From Eledone cirrhosa (taxonomy: Eukaryota): DNA of 64,000 nucleotides. Positions 12,326 to 24,670 of this stretch are shown here, in pieces; the first letter of the stretch is position 1, and every line of letters starts with the position of its first letter. Position numbers and translations under genes: made by a program. Location: assembly GCA_964016885.1 (NCBI GenBank), contig OZ024743.1, positions 283,278,001 through 283,342,000 of the forward strand, read 5' to 3'. Below the pieces are notes generated by a model. It saw only the letters and a list, made by a program, of their open reading frames with translations, was not told the DNA's origin and did no database searches.

Positions 12326-12409
12326 TATATATATAGTATAAATTATTGTATTAGGGAAAACAAGCAAGAAATGAGGAGAGATTTGAAGAAATATTTATTT
12401 GATTAAATA
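12251..12409. repeat. Perfect fold-back palindrome, 75-bp arms around a (TA) spacer
   Basis: 12251-12325 is the reverse complement of 12335-12409. Confidence 0.95.
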
Positions 12410-13378
12410 TATCATCATCATCATCATCATCATCACCGTTTTACGTCCGTTCTTCCACGCTAGCATGGGTTAGACGGGTTGTCCTGTTGTGGGCAGTGTC
12501 TGGTCGGCTGACCATGCCTTGCTCATACAGGAACTGATCTGGCTTGATTTCTACAGCTGGATGCCCTTCCTAACACCAACCTCATTTACAGTGAGTGCTG
12601 GGTGCTTTTTCGTGGCGCCTACACGTCCACTTTACAGTGTGGGCTGGGTGCTTTTTTGCCGTGGCACCTCCACGACCACCTTGCGGTGGGGGGGGGGGGG
12701 GGGCATATTGTTTATATGCTTCAGCATGTACCCATGGGAGGTCGGGTACCCTGTATTACTGCGTGACGCCAGAAGTCACGGTCGTGTGTCATTGACTTTG
12801 AGAGGTGTAGTTGGGTAAGGTCGGCTTTTATCACCTCATCCCAAGTCATCTTGGGTCTCCCCACTCCGCGGTTTCCATCAACTTCTAGTGCTCTGCACCT
12901 TTTTATGCAGCTGTCATCCTTCATACGCATCACATGTCCATACCAGCGTAACCGCCTCTCCTGCACGCAGCATTTGATTCCTCTTATGCTCAGTCTCTCT
13001 CTCAATTCATTTATGCTTTGTCGTTCACGTATATTACTGTTACACATCCATCGGAGCATGCAGGCTTCGTTTCTCTCTAATCTACGTAAGTCTTCCACCT
13101 TCAGCGCCCAGGTCTCACTACCATGCAACATCGCTGTTCGGATACACGCATCATACAGTCTGCCTTTCATTCTGAGGGAGAAGCCTTTTGCAGCTAGCAG
13201 TGGTAGTAGTTCCCTAAACTTCTTCCATCCCGTTCTTACCCTAGTTATTGTACTTTCTGAGCACCCACCTCCGTTGCTAATTCGGTCACCTAGGTAGCAG
13301 AAGCTGTCTACTGTTTCTACAGGGCCCTCCCAGAGATTGGTGGTACTTGTTTCCTGTGGCTGTTTGCTTGCTGTTTCA
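12410..13378 (-). mobile_element. RTE subfamily A, 5'-truncated (about 970 bp)
   Basis: ORF 12721-13170 is identical to the C-terminus of 13955-16027; 3'UTR and (ATG)n tail present. Confidence 0.95.
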
Positions 13379-13510
13379 TGACCTGGTCCATCAACTTTAT
13401 ACCTCTATAGTTTCCTCTATCTAGTGCATATATATATATATATATATAGTAATAATAATAATAAATTAAGGGTGAAAGCAGCGATTCTTTGCTTAAACTT
13501 TAATCTGTTA

Positions 13511-13552
<42 letters not shown>

Positions 13553-13556
<4 letters not shown>

Positions 13557-16027
13557 AAAAACCCGACAACCACCTGATCACCTATAGATTAGGGGAGCAC
13601 TCTAGTCAGTTAGATTTTATCCTCATCAGAGGACGTGACAGATGGACGGTCGTAAACACAAAAGCCTTCCCTAGTGAGAAATGTACATCCCAACATAGCT
13701 TAGTTGTCAGCGACCTCACGGTCAGAACTAGACGAGCCCTGAAACAGAGGCCAACCTGGAGAAGAAAGATCTGGAAGCTGAAAGTCCCCTCAACCAGTAA
13801 CAGATTTAAAGATATTTTACTCAACGCCTACGACAGTAAAGAAGAACAGATAGAGACATTTAACGTAGAAGAGAACTGGGAGTTCCTAAAAAATAACTTA
13901 CTAGAGGCGACGGATGAGGTTTGTGGCTGGAGTAAGACCTCAAGCAGGAGGAGAGTGACTTGGTGGTGGAACAATAATGTAGATGAAGCAGTCAAGGCCA
14001 AGAGACAGGCATGGAAAGAATGGAAGAACGGGGGGAGCAGGGTACATTACATAGAGACCAAGAGGGAAGCTAGGCGACAAGTATACTTAGCTAGGAGGGA
14101 AGCAGAGGATAGAAAATTCAAGCATGTTTTACAACGTGAGGACCAGAAACAGGAGGTATTCAAGATTGCGAGGCAGTGTGTCAGAGATAGTTGTGATGTC
14201 ATTGGAGAGAAGTGTATCCGGAATGATAAAGGTGAGCTTGCCCTCACAAGTGCTGAGAAGAAAGATGCATGGAAGAGTCATTATGATAGATTACTAAATG
14301 AGGAGAATGCATGGGAAGAAGAGACCCTACCCCACGTAGACCCTATAGAGGGACCAGCAGTACAAGTCAGCGGCAGCGTAGTAAGTAAGGTAATCAGAGA
14401 TATGAAGATAGGGAAGGCAACCGGTCCATCGGGTATAGCTGCCGAGATGCTGAAGGCATCTGGGTCTGTAGGTCACACTATAACCACACGTATCGTTAAC
14501 CAGGTAATACTAGAGGGGGCCATACCAAAAGATTGGTGCAGTAGCATCATTGTCAACTGCTACAAAGGTAAAGGCGATGCACTAGATAGAGGAAACTATA
14601 GAGGTATAAAGTTGATGGACCAGGTCATGAAAGTAACAGAAAGAGTTATAGCACAGCTGATTAGGGACCGGGTGAATATAGACGAGATGCAATTTGGGTT
14701 TGTACCAGGGAAAGGCACCACTGATGCCCTCTTCCTTGTGAGGCAATTACAGGAAAAGTACCTAGCTAAAAGTAAGCCACTCTACTTGGCATTTGTCGAC
14801 CTTGAGAAAGCCTTTGACAGAGTTCCACGTGCAGTAATCTGGTGGGCTCTTAGAAAACTAGGAGTAGATGAATGGCTTGTGAAAGCGGTACAAGCCATGT
14901 ATAGGGGAGCAGTCAGCAAAGTTAGGATTGGCAATGAGTATAGCGAGGAATTTAGCGTACAGGTTGGGGTCCACCAGGGCTCTGTTCTTAGCCCTCTCCT
15001 GTTCATCATAGTCCTGCAGGCAATAACGGAGGAGTTTAAGACCGGATGCCCATGGGAACTCCTGTATGCTGATGACCTCGCACTCATAGCTGAATCTATG
15101 GTAGAACTAGAGAATAAATTCCAAACCTGGAAGCAGGGACTAGAGAGAAAGGGCCTCAAAGTCAACATGACAAAGACTAAGGTCCTTATAAGTAGACGAG
15201 AAAACAGAACCCAGATCCCCTCAGGGAAATGGCCTTGCTCAGTATGTAGGAAAGGTGTAGGTAGGAACTCCATTCTCTGCCCCAAATGCAAACAATGGGT
15301 ACACAAGAGATGTAGCGGGATCTCAGGAAGCTTAATTAAGAATGTAGGATTCACATGCAGCAGCTGTGCTGAAACAGCAAGCAAACAGCCACAGGAAACA
15401 AGTACCACCAATCTCTGGGAGGGCCCTGTAGAAACAGTAGACAGCTTCTACTACCTAGGTGACCGAATTAGCAACGGAGGTGGGTGCTCAGAAAGTACAA
15501 TAACTAGGGTAAGAACGGGATGGAAGAAGTTTAGGGAACTACTACCACTGCTAGCTGCAAAAGGCTTCTCCCTCAGAATGAAAGGCAGACTGTATGATGC
15601 GTGTATCCGAACAGCGATGTTGCATGGTAGTGAGACCTGGGCGCTGAAGGTGGAAGACTTACGTAGATTAGAGAGAAACGAAGCCTGCATGCTCCGATGG
15701 ATGTGTAACAGTAATATACGTGAACGACAAAGCATAAATGAATTGAGAGAGAGACTGAGCATAAGAGGAATCAAATGCTGCGTGCAGGAGAGGCGGTTAC
15801 GCTGGTATGGACATGTGATGCGTATGAAGGATGACAGCTGCATAAAAAGGTGCAGAGCACTAGAAGTTGATGGAAACCGCGGAGTGGGGAGACCCAAGAT
15901 GACTTGGGATGAGGTGATAAAAGCCGACCTTACCCAACTACACCTCTCAAAGTCAATGACACACGACCGTGACTTCTGGCGTCACGCAGTAATACAGGGT
16001 ACCCGACCTCCCATGGGTACATGCTGA
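13553..16027 (+). CDS. RTE polyprotein fragment: APE C-terminus, RT, PHD-type zinc finger, C-terminal domain (no native start)
   Basis: Frame open upstream of the annotated GTG (FKKPDNHLITY..SQLDFIL..QHSLVV); NYRGIKL, QFGF, FVDLEKAFDRV, GVHQGSVLSPLLF, YADD, KTKV, C4HC3 finger at 15236-15367, YLG, RRLRWYGHV, GRP. Confidence 0.93.
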
Positions 16028-16325
16028 AGCATATAATCAATATGCCCCCCCCCCCACCGCAAGGTGGTCGTGGAGGTGCCACGGCAAAAAAGCACCCAGC
16101 CCACACTGTAAAGTGGACGTGTAGGCGCCACGAAAAAGCACCCAGCACTCACTGTAAATGAGGTTGGTGTTAGGAAGGGCATCCAGCTGTAGAAATCAAG
16201 CCAGATCAGTTCCTGTATGAGCAAGGCATGGTCAGCCGACCAGACACTACCCACAACAGGACAACCCGTCTAACCCATGCTAGCGTGGAAGAACGGACGT
16301 AAAACGGTGATGATGATGATGATGA
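13553..16325 (+). mobile_element. RTE subfamily A LINE, young, 5'-truncated inside the APE domain
   Basis: Uninterrupted frame from the APE C-terminus through RT to the stop at 16027, then a subrepeat-rich 3'UTR and (ATG)n tail. Confidence 0.97.
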
Positions 16326-16682
16326 TATACCTATATGTATATGTATGCATATATACATGTGTGTGTCTGTGTGTATATATATATATATAAATATACATAT
16401 ATATCTGTATGTGTATGTGCATGTGGACATAATGATGATGATGTTGATGATCAGCAAGTAAATGCATTTAGAGTTTTACATATGTACACATAAAGTCATG
16501 CAAATATCTTTCACCAATAATCCTACACAATGGTAGCTATAATGCATGCTAAAATACCAAAATATAAACGTATGACTAAAGTTTCACCAGTGCAAACAGC
16601 TCTAATTACAATAACCAAACAAACACTTAACTATATTACTATATAACTATATAATTATACATATATATAGAGAGAGAAAGAG

Positions 16683-16935
16683 CACAAGCTGAAGCATATG
16701 TACAGAATGCCCCTCCCCCCAGCCCACACTGTAAAGGGGATGTGTAAAAGACACAGCAAAAAGCACCCAGCCCACACTGTCAATATGGTTCGTGTTAGGA
16801 AGGGCATTCAGCCGTAGAAAACCAGCCAGAAACACCACTATATGAGCATCACCCGACACAACTTGCCTCTAAACGGGATCCGTCTAACCCATGCTAGCGT
16901 AGAAGATAAGCGTTAAATGATGATGATGATGATGT
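16683..16935 (+). mobile_element. RTE-related 3'UTR fragment
   Basis: GCACCCAGCCCACACTG..GTTAGGAAGGGCAT..CCCATGCTAGCG..(ATG)n. Confidence 0.7.
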
Positions 16936-16949
16936 GTAACAGTTACAGG

Positions 16950-17185
16950 CAGTTTGTCAGTTAAGTACACATCAGCTGAGTAGCCTCAAGACTGTATACC
17001 TCTGCCAGTCTGTTGAACGATGTGTACTTAAGAAAATACTATATATTTTCAACAGTTCAACTGGCAGAGGTATACAGTCCTGATGAAGGGTAATGACCAG
17101 AAACATGTTGATCGTTCCTCAAAGCCAGTGTTGAACAAACAGGTGACGATCGGTCACTGACACAGGACAGCTTCAAATCGGGCTA
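16950..17185 (+). mobile_element. Hammerhead-bearing repeat family H1 with 5' fold-back
   Basis: Homologous to 43305-43650; arms 16990-17009 and 17060-17079 are inverted. Confidence 0.7.
17077..17112 (+). ncRNA. Minimal type I hammerhead ribozyme
   Basis: GTC-CTGATGA-AGGGTAATGACCA-GAAA-CATG-TT-GAT; palindromic stem III. Confidence 0.7.
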
Positions 17186-17394
17186 TTTGTTTACTTTATT
17201 TTATCGACTCTGTAAGGATGAAAGGCAAAGTTAACCTCGGTGGGATTTGATCTCAGAATGGCAAGGGCCGTAACTCTATGCGTCATTATTAATGTTCGAT
17301 ATAACCCATACATACATATGTATATATATATTTATATATATGTGTGTATATATATATGTGTGCGTGTACGTGTGTTACTTACATTTATATATAG

Positions 17395-17685
17395 ACAATA
17401 TGCCCCCACATCCTTCCACTGTAAAGTGGTTGTGGAGGTGCCACGGCAAAAAAGCACCCAGCCCACACTGTAAAGTGGACGTGTAGGCACCACGAAAAAG
17501 CACCCAGCACTCACTGTAAATGAGGTTGGTGTTAGGAAGGGCATCCAGCTGTAGAAATCAAGCCAAATCAGTTCCTGTATGAGCAAGGCATGGTCAGCCG
17601 ACCAGACACTGCCCACAACAGGACAACGCGTCTAACCCATGCTAGCGTTGAAGAATGGACGTAAAACGGTGATGATGATGATGAT
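17395..17685 (+). mobile_element. RTE subfamily A 3'UTR fragment
   Basis: Near-identical to 16040-16325. Confidence 0.88.
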
Positions 17686-17734
<49 letters not shown>

Positions 17735-20380
17735 GAGAGCAAACCTGCTGACGGCGGCAGACAAAGTCTGTGGCTGGAGCAGGCCTGTAGGTAGGAGGAG
17801 AGTAACATGGTGGTGGAACAGTAAGGTGGAGGAGTCAATGAAGGCCAAAAAGCAGGCTTGGAAAGCATGGCGGGATGGGGGAAGTAGAGAAGACTATCAA
17901 GTGGCCAGGAGGGAAGCTAGGAGACAAGTGTACTTCGCAAGAAGGGAAGCAGAGGAAAGAAAGTTCAAGCATGTTCTACACCGAGAGGACCAAAAACGTG
18001 AGGTGTTCAGGATTGCCAGGCAATGTGTCAAGGAAAACCGTGATATTGTCGGGGAGAAGTGTGTACTTAACGATGATGGCATACTTGCCATCACCGACGC
18101 TGATAAGAAGGTAGCTTGGAAGTGTCACTACGAAAGGCTTCTAAATGAGGAGAACAAATGGGAGAAAGACAGTCTCCCCCACATCGACCCAATAGAGGGA
18201 CCAGCAGTGTTAGTCCAGGGTAGTACAATAAGCAAGGCAATCAAAGATATGAAGACGGGTAAGGCGGCTGGTCCTTCGGAAATAGTTGCTGAGATGCTGA
18301 AGGCATCTGGTTCGGTGGGACACACCATGGTCACCCGGATAGTTAACCAAGTTGTACAGAATGGGGTTGTTCCGAAGGACTGGCGTAGCAGCATCATCGT
18401 TAACTGCTATAAGGGAAAAGGAGATGCCCTAGATAGGAGTAACTATAGAGGCATTAAATTAATCGACCAGGTCATGAAGGTCACGGAAAAAGTAATAGCG
18501 CAACTAATCAGAGAGAGAATTGATTTAGATGAAATGCAGTTCGGGTTTGTGTCAGGCAAAAGTACCACAGACGCTCTTTTCATTGTACGACAACTACAGG
18601 AGAAGTAACTAGCTAAAAGTAAACCCCTATACTTAGCTTTCGTCGACTTGGAGAAAGCCTTCGACAGAGTCCCCCGTTCCATTATCTGGTGGTCTCTTAG
18701 AAAACTAGGTGTTGACAAATGGCTTGTGAGAGCTATACAAGCCATGTATAAAGAAACAGTCAGTAAGGTTAGAATTAACAACGAATATAGTGAAGAGTTT
18801 AGCGTAAAAGTTGGTGTCCATCAGGGCTCTGTTCTTAGCCCCCTACTATTTATTATTGCCCTTCAGGCTATAACAGAGGAGTTCAAGACCGGCTGCCCAT
18901 GGGAACTCCTATACGCAGATGATCTAACGCTCATAGCTGAATCAATGACCGAACTAGAGAAGAAATTCCAAACATGGAAGCACGGCCTAGAATCAAAAGG
19001 CCTTAAAATTAACCTGCCTAAGACTAAAGTTCTAGTTTGTAGGAAAGAAAATAAGGCGGCAGTCCCATCTGGGAAATGGCCATGCTCAGTGTGTAGGAAA
19101 GGCGTAGGTAGAAACTCCATTTTATGTCCCAAATGCAAAGTATGGGTGCATAAAAGATGTAGTGGGATCACAGGTAAGCTAACTAAGAACATAGATTTTA
19201 CATGTGGCCGGTGCTCTGGTGCAATAAGTAGCAGCAAGTGCCCACAAAATACTAGCTCCTTCAACTGCGCAGAGGGTTCTATAGAAATAGTGGACAGCTT
19301 CTGTTACCTGGGTGACAAAATCAGCAGTGGGGGAGGGTGCTCTGAAAGTACAGTAGCTAGAGTCAGAACTGGATGGAAAAAGTTCAGAGAGCTTATACCA
19401 CTATTAGCCGCTAGAGGGTTCTCCCTAAAAATGAAAGGCAGGTTATACAATGCCTGCATACGAACAGCAATGCTGCATGGCAGTGAGACCTGGGCATTGT
19501 GTGCAGAGGATATACGCAGACTAGAGAGGAACGAAGCTTGCATGCTCCGCTGGATGTGCAATAGTAATATACGTGAACGGCAAAGCATAAACGAACTAAG
19601 GAAAAAATTAGAAATAAGAGGGATCCGATGTTGTTTACTCGAGAGAAGGCTACGTTGGTACGGTCACGTGATGCGCATGAAAGACGACAGCTGTATAACA
19701 AAGTGCAGGGCAATAGAAATAGACGGTAGCCACGGAGTAGGCAGACCCAGAAAAACATGGGAGGAGCTGATAAATTCCGATCTCACACGCTTACACCTCT
19801 CCAAGACAATGTCACTGGACCGAGACCTTTGGCGGTACTCAGTAATAGAGAAGACCCGCCTTACCTAAATACAAAGTAAAAACCTACTACAGTCAGTAGG
19901 CATCTCTATCAAAACACCCCCCCGTCCCACCACCTCCACCCCATCCACACTGCCCCTTTCAATGTAAAGTTATGTTGGTCCCACAACATCCAGGCCGAAA
20001 CAAATGAGATCGTGTAGGTGTCACGACAAAAAAAACACACAGTCCACGCTGTAATGTGGCCGTGTAGGCAACACAGTAAAAACCTCCCAGCCCCACACTG
20101 TAAATGTGGTTGGTGTTAGGAAGGGCATCCAGCTGTAGAAAACCCGCCAGACAGTCCACGCTGTAATGTGGCCGTGTAGGCAACACGGTAAAAACCTCCC
20201 AGCCCCACACTGTAAATGTGGTTGGTGTTAGGAAGGGCATCCAACTGTAGAAAACCCGCCAGACAGTCCTATGCGAGCAAGACAACCACTCTTGCCTCAA
20301 GTGGGAAAACCCCCGTCCAAACCCATGCAAGCGTGGAACACGGACGCTAAACCTGATGATGATGATGATGATGATGATGA
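17735..20380 (+). mobile_element. RTE subfamily B LINE, 5'-truncated, one premature stop (TAA 18606-18608)
   Basis: ORFs 17715-18608 and 18648-19868 are in one frame; RT with YADD plus PHD finger; 3'UTR with a 112-bp duplication; (GAT)n tail. Confidence 0.96.
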
Positions 20381-20384
20381 TATA

Positions 20385-20646
20385 TGCCGTGTAGGTGTCA
20401 TGACAAAAAAACACCCAGCCCTCACTGTAAAGTGGCCATGTAGGCGTCACGACAAAAAACACCCAGTACTCACTGTAAATGAGGTTGGTGTTGGGAAGGG
20501 CATCCAGCTGTAGAAATCAAGCCCAAATCAGTTCTGTATGAGCAAGACATAGTCACCTGACCTGACATTGCCAACAGCAGGACAACTCGTCTAACTCATG
20601 CTAGTGTGGAAGAATGGACGTAAAATTGTGATGATGATGATGATGA
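20385..20646 (+). mobile_element. RTE A-like 3'UTR fragment
   Basis: CACTGTAAATGAGGTTGGTGTTGGGAAGGGCATCCAGCTGTAGAAATCAAGCC..(ATG)n. Confidence 0.8.
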
Positions 20647-20804
20647 TATATCTAATCATTGAGAAAGACCACTCAAGAAAGATTACTAGTTCCCATAATT
20701 CAATGGTATGTAAATTGTAGAATATTATATATTCCAGCAGTAGGTAATCATGTTCAAATATCAACTGAGAATAATTAACATTTGTTAGCTATTTTATTGA
20801 GAAG

Positions 20805-21030
20805 ACAAGTAGCCTAATGGTTAATGTGCTGGGTTTTCAATTGTAAGGTCATAGGTTCAATCCTTGGAATGGGCAGTGCACTGTGTCCTTGAATAAATCA
20901 TTTCATTTAACATAGATCTAGCCACATCTGTAGGTTACCTTTGTAATGTACTGGTGTCCTGACCAACATGGAATCTTGTACTCTGTGTCACTTAATGTTG
21001 TATGAAACCAAGATAAACCCTGGCCTCATG
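20805..21030 (+). mobile_element. tRNA-derived CORE-like SINE family S2, degenerate
   Basis: A box TAGCCTAATGG, B box GGTTCAATCC, TGTCCTTGA..TTTCA core. Confidence 0.6.
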
Positions 21031-21124
21031 AAACTCTATGCTTTATTAGATAAATAATTTGTATTACATAACTCAGGAAGGATGGCAATTTTATATATAA
21101 ATCATTATAATTCAAACTGACTAT

Positions 21125-21570
21125 CTTCAATTCGGTATTTGTGCCAACCCTTACATATGGTAATGACTGAAAGAATACAATTACAAATACAAGTAGCCAA
21201 AAAGAGATTCCTTCGAAGAGTCTTTGGAGTAATGTTACTCAATAGAGTGTGTAGCTTGGAGATCAGAGAGTCACTCGAGGAGAGTCTCTATATTGAGAGA
21301 TCACATCTCCGATACTATGGGCATGTGATTAGAATGTCTCAGGAAAGAATTGCTGGACAGATTTTATGGGCAAAATCAACTGCCAGGAGACCCAAGGGTA
21401 GACCCCGAGCAAGATGGTTAGATAACATCCATGGGCTTGGCTTGTCTCACTTGGGGATCAATCCAGATCAGTTGGAGACAGTTGCTTCTGACAGCACCCA
21501 TTGGAAGGAGTATTTGAGGACACTACCCCCATGACCTTCTCAAGAAGAAGAAGAAGAAGAAGAAGAAGAA
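21125..21570 (+). mobile_element. RTE (Rex3/Expander-like) 3' fragment with (AAG)n tail
   Basis: MTERIQLQIQVA..RFLRRV..IERSHLRYYGHVIRM..RRPKGRPRARWLD..LGI..LRTLPP followed by (AAG)n. Confidence 0.85.
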
Positions 21571-21679
21571 TTTTGTAAATCAGTGGTTTGCTACCTTTTT
21601 TTTAAATTAATTATTAAAGAATATTTTTTTGCACTATTATTGTTGTTTTCTTATATGTTAACATTAAAGTCTTTCTTGA

Positions 21680-21870
21680 GCCTAGTGTCTCATGAGGCCT
21701 GAACTTATCCCAGTTTCATGTGACATTAACTGACTGGGATTACAAGATGGGGTACTAATCCACAAGATACTGAGTGGGCTGAAGCAATGTTAAAATGAAG
21801 TACTTTGCTTATGGTCACCCATGACTTTACAATCTTGAGCCCAACACCCTACCCTCTAAACCACATACCT
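21680..21870 (-). mobile_element. SINE family S2, degenerate
   Basis: Similar to 58905-59170. Confidence 0.5.
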
Positions 21871-22394
21871 TTACATATACATGTTTTAACTCTTTTATTT
21901 CTATTACTAAACTCAACTAGGGTGATATTCATGTAAATGCCTACTTTGTAAATCTGTCTTTTTAAACTTTTTTTTAATATTAATTTTCCAAAATATTTTT
22001 GTGCTATTGTTGTTTTGTTGTTTCAGTGGTAAGAACACCAGTTAGTCCTTGATGCTATGCTGCCAATTTTTCCTTTGTCATGAACTCTCCATTTGTTGTA
22101 TTTTCTACTTTGTCTGTTTATATGTTGTAGTTTACTGTAATTTGGTGGTTGAAATGAAATGAATTGACTTGAAAAATTGAAATTGCTGACACTGTATCAC
22201 AACTGAATAACCTGTTTAACCCATGCTAGCGTAGAAAATGGACATTAAATGGTGATGATGATTGTGTTTCAGAGAAAATAATGATTTCCTCACAAAAAAA
22301 AAAATCTCTTTAAAAATATTAAATGACAAATATGATAAAACAAGTCTCTCGTAAACGGTCTGCATTGCCAAAAATACTTAATAATATTTGTTAA

Positions 22395-22672
22395 AACTTT
22401 TGATACCAAACCACCTGATTCTACAACACAAACCAGTTTATTTTAATGTGTTTATATTTATCTCAATACCCTCCATCATGGATTTATGTAAGAACCTTTT
22501 ATCAAGTTATTACCCCCAACAGAACAAAAAAAACCCAAAAAAACAAGCAAACAAAAACAAAAAAACATAAATAATGAGAAAGTTTGTTATATGACTAAAT
22601 CTGTCCAAATCCTTGATTATTTTTCAAAATAATCTGAAAGTGTCTTTCATTGGAAATATAGTGATGAAAGGG
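22395..22672 (+). mobile_element. piggyBac-type MITE, family M2
   Basis: TTAA-flanked, ends AAAGGG|TTAA; similar to 745-987. Confidence 0.55.
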
Positions 22673-22774
22673 TTAAATAAGATTATAGTTTTTCCCTTTT
22701 ACTTTTTTCTTTTTTTTTCTTTATTTCAATTCTGTGCTGTGTTGTACATTGAGCTGGTTATGGAAAGTTGTAGT

Positions 22775-22915
22775 TTCATCATCATCATCACCATCATCAT
22801 CATCATTATCACCATCATAATCATTATCACATTCATCATCATTGTCATCATCTTCATCACCATCACCATCATTATCACCATTATCATCACTATCACCACC
22901 ATCACTATCATCATC
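22775..22915. repeat. (CAT)n degenerate microsatellite
   Basis: Seen directly. Confidence 0.9.
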
Positions 22916-24289
22916 AGGTTTCCTGCAAGAAGTGGTTGCTAACCCTTCACTGAACACTTCTCCCTTTCTGGAGAAAGGGATGCTATGATTTATCTCCTAT
23001 GATCCTTCTCATGGCACATGGTAACAAACTCCCAAAACAGGGTAAATTCTGAGATATCTGAGTAGACTTTTGGCTAATTGACTACAATCCATTTGAAGAA
23101 TGTCAGAATTTACTTCTCTACATGATACAGAAACTTACCCTATGAGCCAAAATGGAAGTGGTCACCTGGCTAGCAAAAAGTAGCAGTTAAATTTTCTTCA
23201 AATCACACCTTACCATTTTAAATGAAGGAAGGATACACTAGATAATGTAATGCTACATATTTTATATCAACAATTAAAACAGGATGATCATAGCTGAAAT
23301 GCTGTTGATTATTGATATGGTAAATCCAGACTGGCTTAGAGTTAAACAAAAATAATTTATCTTATTTTACAAATAGAATATCCCAGTTTTTAGAATAGGG
23401 ACACCATATATTTGCATGTCAGATGACTAAAAATATTGGTGTTAGAAAGGGCATCTAGCTGTAAAACACTACCTTAATAAGTCCTGTCAAACCAAACAAT
23501 GCAAACATCACAGAACAAACATAAAAATAGTGATGGTGGTGGGGGTAGCGGTGGTGATGATGATGAGGCAGAGGAGAATAACTAGATTTATAAAAATTGG
23601 GGCAGATAAAAATATTGTTCTAAAAAACCAAAAACAATGATTTTCCTATAAATTATTTTTTGTTTGTTTTGGAGGAGTGGTCCTCATACCACCAAGTTTC
23701 ATTACCAGTCATTGTAAAGAAGAAAATAGCTATGTAATCAATAACTGCTTGGGGATATGGTAATGAGAAACGTTTTTTTTATTTCCTTAAAGTATATAAC
23801 TTTGTTTATAGCTGGGTTAGGGTTAGGAAAATATCTCAAGACATGACATGAAAAGAAAAAAAAACACAGATTTTTTTTCTTTTAATCAAGCATTAAAAGC
23901 CAAAAGATCAAATGGAAAGTGGTGATTTACACAATAAACGTATCCTGTACACTCTGTAAATTGGCTGGAAATAGGAATAGCAGCCAGCCATAGAAAACCT
24001 GCCAAACAAATGGCCAGAACATTGGTGTCACAATAAAATGCATTCAATAGTGTGTGGGATCATATGTATGTAAATTGTAGGCCACCAGCCCATTTGAGCA
24101 CTCAGATAGGATACAAGAATGTGTGCAAGCAAGATACAGTGGGATTAGTATCTTTGCTTTGAGTACCTGCTTGATCTGCTGAGGACCTGCTCAAACCCTT
24201 GCTAACAGGGAAAGCAGACATTAAATGATGATGATGATGATGGTGGTGGTGGTTTCTTATGTAGTTATTAGTATATAGGAAGGGAAATT

Positions 24290-24670
24290 TGATTAAATCA
24301 ACTCTTGTACTTGACCGGTACATTATTTTTAGACCTTGAAAGCAAAGTTGACTTTGACAGGATTTGAATTCAGATCATAAATAGCCAGAGCAAACAACAC
24401 AAACATTTTATCCAATGTTCTAATGATTCAGCCAATCCAACAATAAATATTGATTTCTGATTAAGGCACAAGGTCAGAAAATTTGGGAGAAAGGGTCAAA
24501 CATCAAATTAACCAAATTAATCCCAGTAATTGACTGGTGTTCTATTTTACCAAACCCAGAGGGATCAAAAACAAAGTTAACGTTGGTGGGATTTGAACTC
24601 AGAATGTAGAGGGCCAGAATATATACAGGGGCATTTAATTTCATGCTCTAAAAATTCTGCCAATTTGCAA
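24290..24670 (-). mobile_element. Two adjacent SINE S1 copies
   Basis: GGATTTGAA(T/C)TCAGA B-box reverse complements with AAAGTT(G/A)AC core near 24360 and 24590. Confidence 0.6.

Noticed and set aside
13553-16027. Autonomous active LINE
   Set aside because: Lacks the 5'UTR and most of the APE domain; young but not self-sufficient
12410-16325. Twin-priming explanation for the inverted RTE pair
   Set aside because: Both copies have a complete 3' end and overlap in sequence, unlike twin-priming inversions
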